Shown here piece by piece: positions 1-13,520 of a stretch of 64,000 nt of DNA. Each line of letters begins with the position of its first letter. The stretch's first letter is position 1. Source of the DNA: Vicugna vicugna (lineage: Eukaryota). Where the stretch lies: contig MU058781.1 in the NCBI GenBank assembly GCA_013265495.1, positions 4,589,050 to 4,653,049 on the forward strand. The letters are read 5' to 3'. The position numbers were made by a program, and so were the translations under genes. A model generated the notes under the pieces. The model ran no database searches, had not been told where the DNA came from, and saw only the letters and a program-made list of their open reading frames with translations.

Positions 1-1494
1 GACTCTGTTTGAAAATGGATAAAGTAAAAACAGTATTTGTAGAAGTATTTAATAGGCCAATAACTAGGAGTGTGATTGCAATGATATTGTGGGACCTTGA
101 TCTAGCCAGCAAGAGGAATCCTGTAGAAGGCTGATCCCAACAGGATCCCATCCAAGGAGGGTCATTTATTGAAGTAATCTGGCTACAGGATGGAGAGAAG
201 CAGAGCCCGGAGGCAGTGAAGCCAATTAGGAAACTGTGGCAGCGGTCCAGGTGAGGTCAAGAGGTCAATAAAAAAGAGGGAAAGGACATAATCAAGAAGA
301 ATTCAGCTGGGGCACGTCTGGAAACTGACCACGAGTGGCCAGCAGAAGCCATCTGTTTAAGGAGGTGATTCTTGGCAGGAAAGAGAGAGGAGCTGCTTTC
401 TGCAGTTACGCAATGGGGGTGATGTCAGCAAGGAGGTGCTTGTTGTGTTTGTCAGAGACGATGGTCCCTGGACCTGACCCCGTGGATTTATGCCCAAATT
501 CTGCAGAGAGAGATGCTGAGGGCAGAAGCCAAGGGACCATGTGAGACACAAAAGCACAGCCATGCTTCTTTGTGCTCAGGTGACAAAATGTAACCCAAAA
601 TAGAGAGTGATGTTCTCTGCTCCGGAGCCCAGAACAACACATGGCTTGGCTCAGGAAGTCGGTAGAGAAGGGGACACTGCTGGACCCTTGGGAGGGTCAC
701 CCCTTGGGCAGAGTACTGGCAGCAGAAAGGCCAGGTTCAGAAGTGGGATGGAGGCAAAGACCATCCCAGAGACAGAGCCAAAGAGCATAAGAGAAACTCC
801 AAGGGCCCAAGTTAAAAACTGGCTGAGGGTCTACGTTCCAGGGAGGGGCAGAGGCTGGTGAAATTTAAGTTCTGACAGTGAATTTGGCCTCATCTGTACC
901 CACAGGCTGGCAGGGCCTGGAAACAATCTGTTACAAATAGACACCGCATTACATTACAATCGTTACAATCCGCTACAATTCGCAGTTTACGTAACTTCCT
1001 CCCTCCCCACTCAGGGGCATCCCAAACATAAAGTGCTATTCATCTTTCTGTTCTCAGTACAGAGCACATGTGCGTAGTAGGTGCTTGGTCTACATGAGCC
1101 TATAAACAGCTGAAACACCAAGAGGCTTCTCACTGACGTATGACCGTGGAACCCAGTCCCCTGACCCTAAAGCAGCATCATTACAAAACTCCAGGGTGAG
1201 AAATAAAAATTAATATGCCTGCAGGGGGAACCATGAATCCCAGAATGATGCTGGGGCCCAGGAGGGGGCTGGTCTTTTCAGTTACTACTAGCAAATTGCC
1301 TCCATTTCTCTTTTCTTCACAAAACAGATGTATTTAAACTTAATAAAATGGGCTGCTTAGCCAAGAAGAGCTGGCAAACCCGGAGAGAAAAAAAAAAGTT
1401 CTTTTCTTTTCTGTGTACAAAGGGCATGTTAATTAATTATTTTAGAGACCAAAACTTTAAACAACAATGACGCTTACACATACGTCCACCCCAA

Positions 1495-1610
1495 CTGTGG
1501 CCCTGACAGGTTAAATAACTTGCCCAAGGCCACACAGTGACCTTGTGACAAATCACGTATTTGAACCCCAACCTGGTGGATTTCAGAGTTATTGTCTTCT
1601 CCGCTGCATA
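1495..1610 (+). mobile_element. MIR SINE fragment (part of a locally duplicated segment)
   Basis: MIR core-like 'aggttaaataacttgcccaaggccacacag...tatttgaaccc'. Confidence 0.6.
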
Positions 1611-4369
1611 CTTGAAGTCCACTTGGAGGGGAGTAAATGAAAATCTAGCAATCTAGCAACAGGCCACGCTGGGAGATGTGGCAACTGATCTAAGAGGTGG
1701 CTCTGGCCAGAATCACGGCACCAGGGACAGAAGCCTAGAGATTTGTTTAAAATGAGGGTCAGAGAGGCACTGAGGGAGGAGCTAGGGAAGGAAGCCCAGC
1801 CACAGAAAGGTCAGATGGAAGCAAACAGAGCCACTGACTCAATCTGCTGCCTAAACTCCACTTGGAGAAGCAAAGCTTGACGGGAGGGGAAGGGGCAGGC
1901 AGCCTGGAGAAGCCACTCTTTCCTCCAGAAGGTCAGCCAACTGCCCTGAATTAGGAACTCTGGGCGTCACTAGGACAACACGAAAGCCATCATGTGATAT
2001 GAAACCTTTGCAGCTTACAGAGCACAGGACAATTTCATCCCCAGCAGAGGATACAGAGACTGCTCCCCAGCCGGTTTGCTTGGCAGGGTCCCAACACAGG
2101 GTCATCCCCTTAAGGTCCAGCGGCTGCACCCCCAGACCCATGATTTATAGTCATGCTGGAGCTGGGGTCTCACCAACTAAAGCAAATACAAACCTACTCT
2201 TGATGATGACGCTGTGTGGGAGCTGGCCTGGGAGGAGGGAGGGAGTAGAAGTAGTGAATTAAAGAGATCTTGCATTTATGATCCATACTGTCCTCCCTCA
2301 CCACCCTTTTTTTCTGCCAGAGTTGATTTTTTTTTTAATATTCTAAAGGAGGCCTATACTTCTGTCCCCCATCCTCTGTCCCCTCCCCTATAGATGAACA
2401 AGAACAGAACAACTCCCAGACCCAGGCAGGATGAGTCTTCCAACACTCAAAGGCCACAGTGGCCTGAGTCCGCTGCCAGGATCAGAGAGAGCTCTTTTCG
2501 AACTCTGCAGAGAAAGAGCTGTTCCCAAAGCAAGAAAAATAAGAAATACCAATTATAACATTTAAAGAATGTTAAAGCAAGTGTGTGGCATTCCAGTTTT
2601 CTTGTCTAGTCTAAGCATTTGCAAAAACTCATGTATTTCCAGATACTAAACTATTTGGCTTTTTGACTTTAAAACGGCCTGGTAATATTTTTCTTAGGAT
2701 CTATGTGGTACAGCAAACGGTGTATCTGCTCATCACAGTTGCACGAAAAGATTGAAGATAGTAGCTGGGACGGAACAAAGATGGCATAAGAGTATCAATT
2801 CCAGATCCAAATGAGACTGGCTCAGCAAGACTGTTACGATTTTAGAACATTCCAATTTTCCAGTCATCCACTGAGTAGGTACTTTTGAACACCATCGATG
2901 AAAATGCTGTAAAGATAGATCAGGCATGACTCCTGCCCTCAAGGACAATGCATCCTAGCCTTGGAGATGCTACCTGTGTATGAAGAACTAGGCTAGAAAG
3001 TAGAGTGAGAAACGTGGTAACAGACGTTCAGGGCACAGAGGTGCTTCAGGATGTGGAGAGGGAGGAAGATGCTCTGAGGGAGTTTCCAACAGGCCGGCCC
3101 AAGCCGAGGACAGAAGAGCCGCTCTGTCAGAGCAGCTGAGAAGCCTCATGGGAAGGGCAAAGACTCTCCACGTGGACACCAACTAACCCCTGTACAAAGA
3201 CCTTCTTACAGCAGAACAGGGTCACACAGAGAACGGACATACACTCTTCAGTTCAGCTCCCTTTGGACCACTGCCAGCTTCCTGAGAAGGAGAAAATGAA
3301 CTCAAGAACAGCTGAGAAGCTCTGTCACTGTCCTAGCAGGGTGTGGCCTACTGTGGGGAGAGGGCAGGTTGGTAACTCCCCACCCACTCACCCGCCCACT
3401 CTAACCCAGAGCCTCAGGGAGGGGGCAGAAAGAAAACCACAGGGCTCTTCATTCACAAGGCCTCCCTGAGGGAGATGGAACACACCCAGAGCAGCCAGAG
3501 CAGCTGTGGAGGCTCTGGTTTTGGTAGCTGCATCACCGTCACAGTCACTTACAAACACAGAGGGATTCCCCATCGGGCCCCACGCCTCCAACCAGAAGAG
3601 CCTGGCAGTACCAGAGCTCCAGGTGTGCGCTGCTGAGGGAATCAGGCAGCCACTGCCGGGCCTCCCCCTGGGACAGCCTTACCCCTGGGCTGGCTGGCTC
3701 CGAGAAACCCTGGTCAGCCCTAAATCAGCATGTTAACTACGGCCTGCTTGAAGGAGGTGGGATTGGAGCTGGGCCTTGGGGAAGGAGGGGGATTTGAACA
3801 TCTGGATCAAGGAGAGGCACGCTCCAAAGGTTTCACTCAAAAACATTCAGGGAGGGAAAAAAAAAAAAGGAGGAGAAGAAAAGTGCATTTATTCCAGGAA
3901 TAAAAACCAATTAGATCACAAATATACACATGCATTCTTGCCGTTCTTTGTCTTCCTTCCTGCAATTTTCCATACTTTATATCAGCTCAGGGACAGAGCT
4001 CTTTCCATTTTTTTTTTCCATATCCCAGCTCTCTAGGGCTCATTCATCATAAATTTCAAGACTGTTAAAGTTCTTAGAACATTTTAAATAGAAGTACCAG
4101 TGCTCACACACCTGCTCCTGCAGAACAGCTATTCCTGTGTCTGTCCTGTTCATTGTTCTCATTTTAAATTCACAGCCGCATTTCCTTTCTTCCTCTGCAG
4201 AGAGTCCTTCTCTGGGGTTAGTTCCCCTGGGCTATGAAAGTCAGGGACACATCTCCTAACAGGGCAGGACAGAGACGCTGCGGGGGGCAGACCAGGGGTT
4301 TCTGGCCCGAAGTGAGGCCCTCCTCTTTGGGATAAGGCAGGAGTTGGGGGCTGCAGGTGCTAGAAGGGA

Positions 4370-4505
4370 GCTGGTGTCAAGGTCGCACCAGCATCACCTG
4401 GGAGTTGCCTAAACAGGCAGATCTCAGATCCAGCCCAAGAGTGACAGAACCAGAGTCCACATTTCTGCGGAACAACATCTGGATGTGGGGATCTAGAGGA
4501 CAGTA
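4370..4505. mobile_element. MER5-like hAT-Charlie DNA transposon fragment
   Basis: 'agcatcacctgggagttg...gcagatctcag...cagagtccacattt' resembles MER5A. Confidence 0.5.
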
Positions 4506-4524
4506 TTAAATAACAGCCCCTCCG

Positions 4525-4710
4525 TCTATGCTCTCTTTTAATCCTCAGAACAATCTGATGTCTTATCTCTTTTTTACAGACTAAGAAACTATGGCTCAGA
4601 GAGGTTAAATAATTGGCCGAGGACCACCCAGCTACCTTGTGACAAATCATGTATTTGAGCCCCAATCTGGGGCTTCTGGGTTTCAGAGTTATTGTCTTTT
4701 CCACTGCATA
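4525..4710 (+). mobile_element. MIR SINE
   Basis: 'tttaatcctcagaacaat...ttttacagactaagaaact..ggctcagagaggttaaataattggcc' MIR core. Confidence 0.7.
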
Positions 4711-6361
4711 CATGAAGTCCAATTCAGAGGGAAGAAAAGGAAAATCTAGCAACAGGCCATGCTAGGAGATGTGGGAAGGCACACAGCTAGACAAACGTCT
4801 GTCAGCCGGTAACCAAGGCCAGTGGGCTAGGAAGCAGAGGCAGGAATCCATTTCTGAAGGCCACAGGGGGACTGGCACGAATAAGCCTGCACCCCAGTTC
4901 TTAGGGATCTGGAGCACTGAGTGGGGCCACTGGGGACAGACCTGTCCCATCCTGCATCAAGAGAAAGACACAAGCCCAGTAACCAGTCCTGGACCCAACT
5001 CAGCAGGCAGGAAGTGAACTGAGGTCTGGGGGCTTCATGCCAGAGCATCAGACCAGAGTTCCTTATATCCCTCCTGCCTAAAATCAAGCCTGGGCCCAGA
5101 AGAAAGAGGCAAGTGACAGCCACTGGGGGGGAGATGCTCCTGATGGGGAAGGGGGCTCTGAGAAGATGCTGGTTGAGGTCACTGCATTGTGGGGGGACAG
5201 GGAGAGGTTCGCAAAGTCACAGGCAGCTATTGGGCCTTTGCTACACCAAGGGGAACGACCCCCAGTACCTGCCCTCACAGGCCAGGGAAGGCCAGGCAAA
5301 GGCTGCCGTGGCAAGGGGTGAACCCAAGGTGCTGTGGTGGGAGTCCCTCCCCAGTACAGTCCCCATGGAGCCCCAGTTCTTCCCAACTTACTGCAGATGC
5401 ATGGGCTCAGTTTTAAAGCAAGATCCTCCATGCGTATCTATTTGTGGCTGAGCAAAAGTTACTGAAAAACTATTTATTTGCCTTAACCATCCAGAAAGCA
5501 ACAGAGGGAAAGTAGAAAGCCACATGGCAACCATTTAGCGAAGCTTTTCAGAATTACTTTTCTATTTTTCTGTTTGCAGGCTCTTGGGGGTTGGGGGTTG
5601 GGGGTAGAGGGGTCCATTGAGACTTTCACAATCAAGCAAGGATCCCATTTCTTAACAGTCTGCAAGCCTTCCTTACAAATGCGAGAAAACTTGCCTGGGG
5701 CACAGTCATCTGCATCCTGGGGCTTTTTCTAAGGCACAGATTGCGGTAGCCCTTGGGCTGGTTCTGCCCTCACACTGATACCAGATTCTTAAATCACCAC
5801 TTTCACCCATTGCTCCCTTGCATACGGACTTCCTTTGGAGCCCCTCCATCACCAGGCCCACTTCACCCATGGATGCTGGGCACCCGCTGGTTCCTCACCC
5901 AGAGCAGGTTTAGCCAGGCCAAGCTCCTTGGTGCCCCTGCGCTCTTCTACTGCAGTTGCTCCCACCCCTAGGACTCCCTCAGACAAGCCAAATCTACACA
6001 GTGGTGAAACCAAGCCAAGGCCAAAGACATGTGGCAACAAGCCCATATGTCTGTGGGTGTTGCACGGACGCTGGGGGCAGGATGTGCTGGTAAATGTTCA
6101 ACAACAGGCTCTCCAGGGACGATGTATGTGTGTATGTTTACATATGGAGATTTATTGTAAGTATGTAAATACATTTCTATAGCCAACTGATTGCCAGATG
6201 CTTTCAGTGGTTTTTGACAAACTCTCATGTCTGTAGGCAACCTATGGTTGCAACTAACAAACAAGGATACTTCTGACACGTACGTTGACTGACTTTTTCT
6301 TTACATACACGAGTAAGAAGAAAACAAAACAACAAAGATCTATGTCAGAACTTCACGTGCT

Positions 6362-6498
6362 GCAGGGAAGGCAGAGCTCAGTGGCAGAGCGCGTGCTTAG
6401 CATGCATGGAGTCCTGGGCTCAGTCCTCAGTACTTCCATCAAAAATAGATAAATAAACCTAATTACTTCCCAACCAAAACAACAAACAAAGCAAACAA
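6362..6498 (+). mobile_element. Camelid tRNA-derived SINE (Vic-1-like)
   Basis: 'gagctcagtggcagagcgcgtgcttagcatgcatggagtcctggg', A-rich tail, TSD-like 'agaacttcac' on both sides. Confidence 0.85.
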
Positions 6499-6676
6499 AG
6501 AACTTCACTCATGTGTCTACAGTAAGAGTAACTTCTTTGTAGAATCAGGTAACAGTTTTCAAATACTGGAAGCAGATTTTTCTCAATTTTTTGTGCGATC
6601 ACCATGTAACCGCTACACGCCAGGCACACTTTAAAATTTTATCTGTGTTTTTAACATCACCTTCTTCAGTCTAGGC

Positions 6677-6874
6677 CAAAGGTCAGCCAACTTTTCCTCT
6701 AAAGGGTCAGATAATAAATACTGCCAACCTCTCAAGCCATTCTGCCCTTTTTTTGCGTAAGCAGCCATGGCCAATATGTAAACGGATGAGCACAGCTGTG
6801 TTCCAATAAAACTTTTACAAAAACAGGAGGGGGGCCCGGATTTGGCCCACAGGCTGTAGCGTGCCAACCCCTTG
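6677..6874 (-). mobile_element. MER58A hAT-Charlie DNA transposon
   Basis: 'gctgtgttccaataaaacttttacaaaaacagg...ccggatttggcccacaggctgtag..tgccaacccct' with terminal inverted repeats. Confidence 0.8.
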
Positions 6875-7037
6875 TCTAGACAATCAAGGAAACGACAAAT
6901 CAAGCCCTGATTTGCGGTGTTTGTTTACAAATCAGCCCGCTGTGGCGAATTTCAACCTCTTGCCATAAAGTCTGAGAATGAGAAGCAGGGAGGTGAGGTC
7001 GGGCCGCAGCTCATCCCTACGTAACAGGGTGTTTCCA

Positions 7038-7472
7038 CCTGGCCTGGCGTCCTGGGGCGGCCTCACAGAACACCACAGACGCGGGGCCTTCAGCAACGGA
7101 CGCTTGCTCTCTCTGAGGTCTGGAGGCTGGAAGTCCCATATCCAGGTGTCAGCAGGGCTGGCTCCTTCCGAGGGCTGTGAAGGGGAATCTGTCCCAGGCT
7201 GTCTCCTACCTTCCAGGCGTCCGCCGGCTTCTTCAGCGCTGCCTTTGTCTCTCTCTTCATGTTTACACGGTGCTCTCTCCATGTATGTCTGGGTCCAAAC
7301 TGGCCCTTCTTGTAAGGCCACTGGGCGCGCTGGATGAGGGGACCACCCTAATGAGCTCATCTTAGCTAGTTACATCGGCAACAACCCCAGGTCCATGCAA
7401 GGTCCCGTTCTGAGACTGGGGGATTTAGAGCTTCACATAAAAATATGTGGGGGCACGATTCAACCCACAAGA
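7038..7472 (-). mobile_element. MaLR solo LTR (MLT1A/C-like)
   Basis: 'ctggaggctggaagtcc..atccaggtgtcagcagggctggctccttc.gagggctgtga' and terminal 'gggggcacgattcaacccacaa'. Confidence 0.8.
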
Positions 7473-8574
7473 CCACTATACAACGACAACAGTTGTAAGG
7501 AACCTCTAGGGCATAGGTAATAGAAAGCTATAGCAAAGCCAGGGAAGGGAGCATTTTTGAGTACTGATTAGCTTTGTTTTAATATAAAGTGTTAAGTTGT
7601 AAGTGTGTATAAAACCTACACGGTTTGGTTTATAGTAATAATAGACGTGCTTCACACAGGCTAGCAGAATTCCCGAACATCTACCAATCGACCCTCTTAA
7701 GCCAATACTAGTTGACTTCAGCACAGCACTGGTTAAAAGGAGTGTGTGCTTAAGGACAGGGCCCCCCAGAGGAGTCATGTCCCCTCCGAGGCCTAGAACA
7801 AGGGAAACCAACCCATGAGCCCTTCTGTCTCCGTCCTGCATTCCTCCTCCAGGAGGACCCCAGAGAGAACATAGTGTAAATACCAGTGATTTTCCGTGTC
7901 CTCTGGTCCTCTCCACTCACCTCCAATTCTCAGTTTGGCTTGACCAAACCTAATTCCCTTGCTCCAGAGAGGAGTCTGGGTTCTTTCTGTGCTAAGCAAG
8001 GGCGTATGAAACCGCGCGTCAGAACCCATTCTTACTCACTGTACTCAGGCGCCCAGGCTCCCTTCAAGGCCAATCCGTACATCCGCTAGTAGCCTCTCTG
8101 ACCACAGCCACACACACCTCCTCCTTCGCTGAATTCCCACAGAATCTATTCACAGGTGGCATCACATTCTCCTCTAGTTGATTTGTATGAATCTCCTGCT
8201 TCTCCATTTAATTTATAAAGTCTTTGAGAAGAGTAACCTATTTGCTGTGTCTCTCAGACCCAGTTCAGGCGCTAAACAGATAACAGGGGCTTAATTAATG
8301 TTTGTCACTTACACAGAGAACAGCAAATCGTCATCAAAAAGCAATTTTATCTTAGGCCTAGGTTGAAAAGAACCAGCCCTTGGTTCAGGGGAAGACAGAA
8401 ATGAAACTCAGGGATATCAATCATTTCTACTCGAAGCTTTAGCAAGTTTGAAAAGGAAAGAACAGCTTAGACCAAAGAGAGGTCACCTGACTTCTCCTCA
8501 TGGGGGGATGCCCAAGGTGGAGGTGATGGCCAGCTGCCCACGAAGCACAAGAAATTCCCTGAGTATGAGTTCAG

Positions 8575-9010
8575 CTAATGCTGCCTGTCATCACTAATGT
8601 GCTACAAATCCGCAGAGGCTTAACACAATATAGAATTATTTGATTTTTCTTTATACAAAGCCCAGTGGTAGAGACTGGTGGTGGGGGCAGGGGACATGGC
8701 AGGGAACAGGGGAGTCAGACCCCGGTTCACACAGCCACTGTGGACACAGTTGGAAGAGGCTCTTCCACACGTGGCTCACATCCCTTGGCCATGGGAGCTG
8801 GCATCCAGTGGCAACCCTAGAGAGAGAGCGTATATACAGGATCATTCTGGAAGGGGAAGGAGCCAGATCTAGAAGTGATTTCATCACTTCTGCCCACATT
8901 CCACTGGCCAGAACTCAGCTGGTCAGTCTGATTATCCCACCTAGATCCATATGGGCTGGGAAAGCACCAGCTCTATACTATGGGATGGGAACACAAATTA
9001 CTGAAGGGCT
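8575..9010 (-). mobile_element. Old MaLR LTR (MLT1J/K-like)
   Basis: 'gaggcttaacacaata...atcacttctgcccacattccactggccagaactcag' motif. Confidence 0.55.
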
Positions 9011-10757
9011 GGCGCAAAATTTTCCATAAAAATGAGCCTGACCAGGGCCTCCCACAATCCCTAACAAGATGGAGAGTCAATCAACTCTGATGTATGGGAT
9101 TTGGCTTAGCTGTCAAAAAGGGGACCAAAGTCAGAAATCATCCATGGAAATTGTCGTAAGCCAGGACAGAGTCCTATTTAGCTGGGAAAGGTCAATTAAT
9201 AAATGAAAGTAGACTTGGTATCTCAAATTCTTTTTACCCCTGAGAGAGTCCATATCTTACTTCCATTCAGGTGGAATACCCTCCGGTTGGTTTGTTCAAG
9301 TGATACGGCAATGAACCCTAAAAAAAAAAACTCACAGCATCACGTGATCTTCTCCCTTCCGGTGATTCTCAGCAGCGCTGAGCCAGAAACCTACAACCTA
9401 CTGAGGTCGGTAGCAGTATACAGGCTCAGTCCTGAATGAACGCTTGAGAAATTCATCCTGCATACCCAGAAATGCCAAAAGCTATAGGTGTTCTAATGGC
9501 ACTCTCCAAGCTTCAGCATCTCAAAAAAGGAAACTGATATCCAGTTTTTATTTTCTAGACTAGGATAGAAATCTGACTCACTATTTGCAAATAGTCTGGA
9601 AATTCACTGGAAGGAACCATTGTCTGACTTCAAAACGTTTACCCCTGGGAGTCCCCAGGAACGTGACGCTCTCAAATTGTTTCTTCTTTATGATCCATGA
9701 AGCCAGAGTTAGAGAAACAGCTGAAGTGGGGTGGACACATCAACAGAAAACATTCCTCCAAAAATGCCAAGCTAGGATGCAAAACAGCAAAATGCAGGTA
9801 TTTGAAACAAGAGAAGAGAGATAGTAAAATACTGAGCTTTAAACTGCATCCATATGTGGGAAGAAGTGGAGTTCAATTTTAAAAACTGTTGTGCCCTGTC
9901 CCTGGAAGGGAAACAGAAAACAGAAATAAACATTCTCACAAAAATGTACATGATAAGAATATTAGGCTTGACAAATTCTAACCCTGTAGTTTAGAAACTT
10001 GAATATATTCAAACTGGCTTTACATTACAAGGGGAAAAGGAAAGAAATGGAATCAGGAAGATAAGCATTATCAGAAAAAGATACCAATTTTAAAGCTGCT
10101 TTATTTACCAAAAGAAGAAACGGAATGCACACAAGAGTCCAAAGTAGACAGATCACCCAGGTCCTCGGGAAAGCAGAGGTTAGACATTTATTAGTGGAAC
10201 AACACACAGCAGCCTTAGAGGAGACCACTGGGTGGGTGACAAACGGTCTCCTCTCTGAAATACTCTCCTCTTTTTGTCCCAGCGGAATGCCAAAAGTAAA
10301 ACATATGCTTTTGGTGTCTGAAAAGGATGACAAACGGTACCGCGTCCTACCACGGCTAGAGACACATGAAGCTCTCAAAACAAAACCTAAGGGGGAAAAA
10401 CCAAGTCCAACAACTCCGAGTTCAGCCTGTGTTTAAAAAATAAAACCAAATAAAAACAAAACTCCACACTGCAAAGTGCACATCTGGGATAATTCATTCT
10501 GTGAAGACAAGTACATGAGCGAAACTGCAGACGCCACTGGCCGCAGAGCCGCCGGCAGACGCAGCTGTGGGACTGCCATGCAGCCTCACCTAGCCATGGT
10601 CCTCTGATGGGACCTCTGACAGCAGCTTCATCCTTGGTTGGAATCACTGTGAATCATAATTTCCTTCAAAGAACAGAGAAGTTAAAAAAGAGGCTCCTCC
10701 TCCTTGCCGTAGGGCAGAACAGTTTCCACCTTGTGGATGGAGATAAAAAATATACCG

Positions 10758-11212
10758 CTGTGGTTGTTACACTTGGTGGCCCCTAGTCACCTAAGCCTTC
10801 TGATGCTCACAACCTTGTGCAGAGTCCTCCCACACTGATGCTGGGCTTGGCCATGTGACTTGTTTCGGCCGGTGAAAATGGGCCAGGATGGCATAAGCAG
10901 AGGCTTATCCTTTGGGAAGGATAAGCTTCGTCTTGGAGGCCTGGGCCACCATATGAATAGGTCTATCTAGCCTACCGGTGAGCTCAGGTGGAGAGATGAA
11001 TGCCTCACAGCACTCAGCTCTTCCAGCCATCCCAGCGGAAGCACCAGACCTGTGGACAAAAATGCCGTCTTGGATGACCCAGCCCCACAGAGCCGAATGA
11101 ATGCCCAGATGAGCTCAGCCCAGACTGTAGAATTTTGAGAAATCATAACGTGCTATTGTTTTAAGTTATTATTTGAGGTACCGTGTAATGCAGCAGTTGG
11201 TTACAGAAACAG
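10758..11212 (+). mobile_element. MaLR LTR (MLT1H-like)
   Basis: 'gggcttggccatgtgacttgtttcggcc...agcccagactgtagaatt.tgagaaat...tgttttaag...gcagcag..ggttacagaaaca'. Confidence 0.65.
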
Positions 11213-11359
11213 CTTCATGTGAGAGGAATTCTAGTCAAATGCTTATGATCTTAGGGATCACATGGACTTTAGCTCAAATCTTGTAACTACCACTTACTAG
11301 GTGTGTGACCTTAGGTAATTTCGTTAACCTCTCTCCTTTTTAGTGACAAAGTGGGTCCC

Positions 11360-11792
11360 TGGTGCTTTCTCCCCTACCCTACCATCCGTGCTTTTCCCTG
11401 CCAGGGAAGCCAATTCCACCTTGGCTCCTAGGTGGACCAAGGACCTAGGAAAAGCCAATTAGTGTATTCCATCACCTGACTGCAACAAAATAGGTCAGGG
11501 CTAGACTTGTGACCTAACCCCATCCAATCAAAATGAATCTCAGAACTTCAGCTGATGACATGTATATTTTTTGTCCTGGAGGCTAGCCTAAGGATGAAAC
11601 TAACACCCACAGCAGGAAGTATCCAACAAAAAGAAGTACCAGAGAAAAGGAGCTTGAACATAATCAAGGTGTTCCTGATGCCAGGATCTACCTTTAACTT
11701 TTTAAGTCATGTAAGCCAACAAATGGCCTTCACTGTCCAAATTAGTTCAAGTTAGGATTTGTTACTTGCGACAGAAAGCATCTTAGCTGAAA
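11360..11792 (+). mobile_element. Old ERVL-type LTR (LTR16/LTR33-like)
   Basis: 'gccaattagtgtattccatcacctg' and the end 'gttacttgcgacagaaagcatcttagctga'. Confidence 0.45.
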
Positions 11793-12914
11793 CCATGAAT
11801 ACCTAGTGTTTTTTCTGCCTAGCACCCATTGCTTCTTCTGTAAATACTACTTCCCTTTTTGCAGGGAACGATTTCTCTCCACAAGAACACATAGTTCTAA
11901 AGGAGGCTGCCAATTAAAGCACACCCTACTATTTTTCCCCAAGCCACAAGGGGAAGTGTAAGCCCCAACCAGACCAGTCAGAGCCTTTCCCTAATTGCAG
12001 GGACCAAGAGAGATGGCCCCTCTCTGGTAGTGATGCCGAGACGCTGAGAGCCACCAGTGGCCCTGCTTCCAGCTTTGTAAAGAAAGTCTTCTGAGAAAAA
12101 AATCCCCACTAAGAGATGAGTGGAGAGTCCTGGAACATTCTAGATTCTGTTTTCAAAGGATCCCGAGACCATCTGTCACCTAACCTTCAACAAACTGACT
12201 TTGTGAACGAATGAAATGCCCCACCCCTCATCCCTGAATCCTTGGGTGGGGTGCGCTTCTCCCTCTTCTTGGACCAGGACTCCTGGTTCTGTCTTTCTAA
12301 ACAGAGACAGTCACTCAGAGGCTCCCAGAGACAAGCCCCAGAACTCTCTAGGCCTTCTGTGCACTAAAATGAAGGGGTTGAGTGGAACTTTCTAGAGTTC
12401 CTCTTGGCTATACTGTATGCCTGAAGCCCACTCAGTTGGCTGTAGGTCTCTATGGCCTTCAGGCAGGATGAAAACAGTATCCACTTGGATTGCATATAAC
12501 TTTTCACATAACTTTCTCTTTCTCCTTAGCATATCCCATTTTTATTGCACATAAATACTGATCATGAAGTTAACAGCATCTATTCCGTGTGTGTATAACA
12601 ATATCTACAGCTTCCATTTATCAGGTGCCTACTTGGTTAGGTGTTTCATATGTTATTTCCAATTCTCATAATCCACGTGGAACAGGCTTCTCCATACAGT
12701 GACCACAAACAAAGGCAAATTTACAGTCAACCCCTCACACTGCGGTACTCAGGTCCTTCTTTGTGCTTTCCTCATCTGCAAGTATTTCTGAGAATCCCCT
12801 GTTGTGAGTCCTGAGACAGTGACCATAAGAATTTGCCCCTAGTTCCACCCATGAAAGTTCTCAAACTTCCCCTTTCTTGCATCTTTCTATGAGTCCTAAA
12901 AAGGGGAGGGGGCC

Positions 12915-13520
12915 CCAAGTTGGGAACTATGCCCCAATGCCTACAAACAGTAGAACAGGTGAAGATGTGGTATATCTACTCAATGGGAGATGAAGCCACA
13001 GTGAGGGTGAATGAACAGCATCTACTCACAACGATGTGGACAAGGAGCACAAACACAGAGCTGTGCAAAAGAGGGAAGACACAAAAGAAAATACAGGAAT
13101 GACTCCATTTGTATAAAGATCAAAACCAGTATGATTCAACTCTGGCAGCAATTTTTTGCAGCTGCCTTTGTCTAGCCTTTACCAAAGAATTCAGCTTAAA
13201 TGTCATTTTAAAAAAACCACATCTCTCTCTTTTCTCATCCGTATTTCATCAGTTTATAAAATTTTTAACTTAATAAAACAATTAGGATAATAGGGGGAGG
13301 AGGAGATGAAAATCGGGCAAAATGAACCAAAAGCTTTAGAAGTCAGGATAGGGGTTTCGCTGGGGAGGGATGACGGGGGCAAAAGTGGTACTTCTGGGTC
13401 CTGGTTACATTTTGATTCTTGATCCGGGTCACAGATTGGGATCGGTTTATAAATGTTCACTGACCTCACATGACACGTGCATTTCCTGTTCCTTTGATAT
13501 ACTCCGACAGGAAGTCTTAA
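12915..13520 (+). mobile_element. L1ME-type 3' UTR fragments
   Basis: 'tgtggtatatctactcaatgg...gactccatttgtataaag' and 'cttctgggtcctggttacatttt.ttcttgatccggg'. Confidence 0.55.

Larger units (their letters stand above)
6078..6965. mobile_element. MER63-like hAT DNA transposon remnant, host to a SINE and a MER58A insertion
   Basis: 'gatgtgctggtaaatgttcaacaacaggctctc' terminus; the internal 'caagccctgatttg' segment is shared with the element at 18.6-19.4 kb. Confidence 0.45.
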
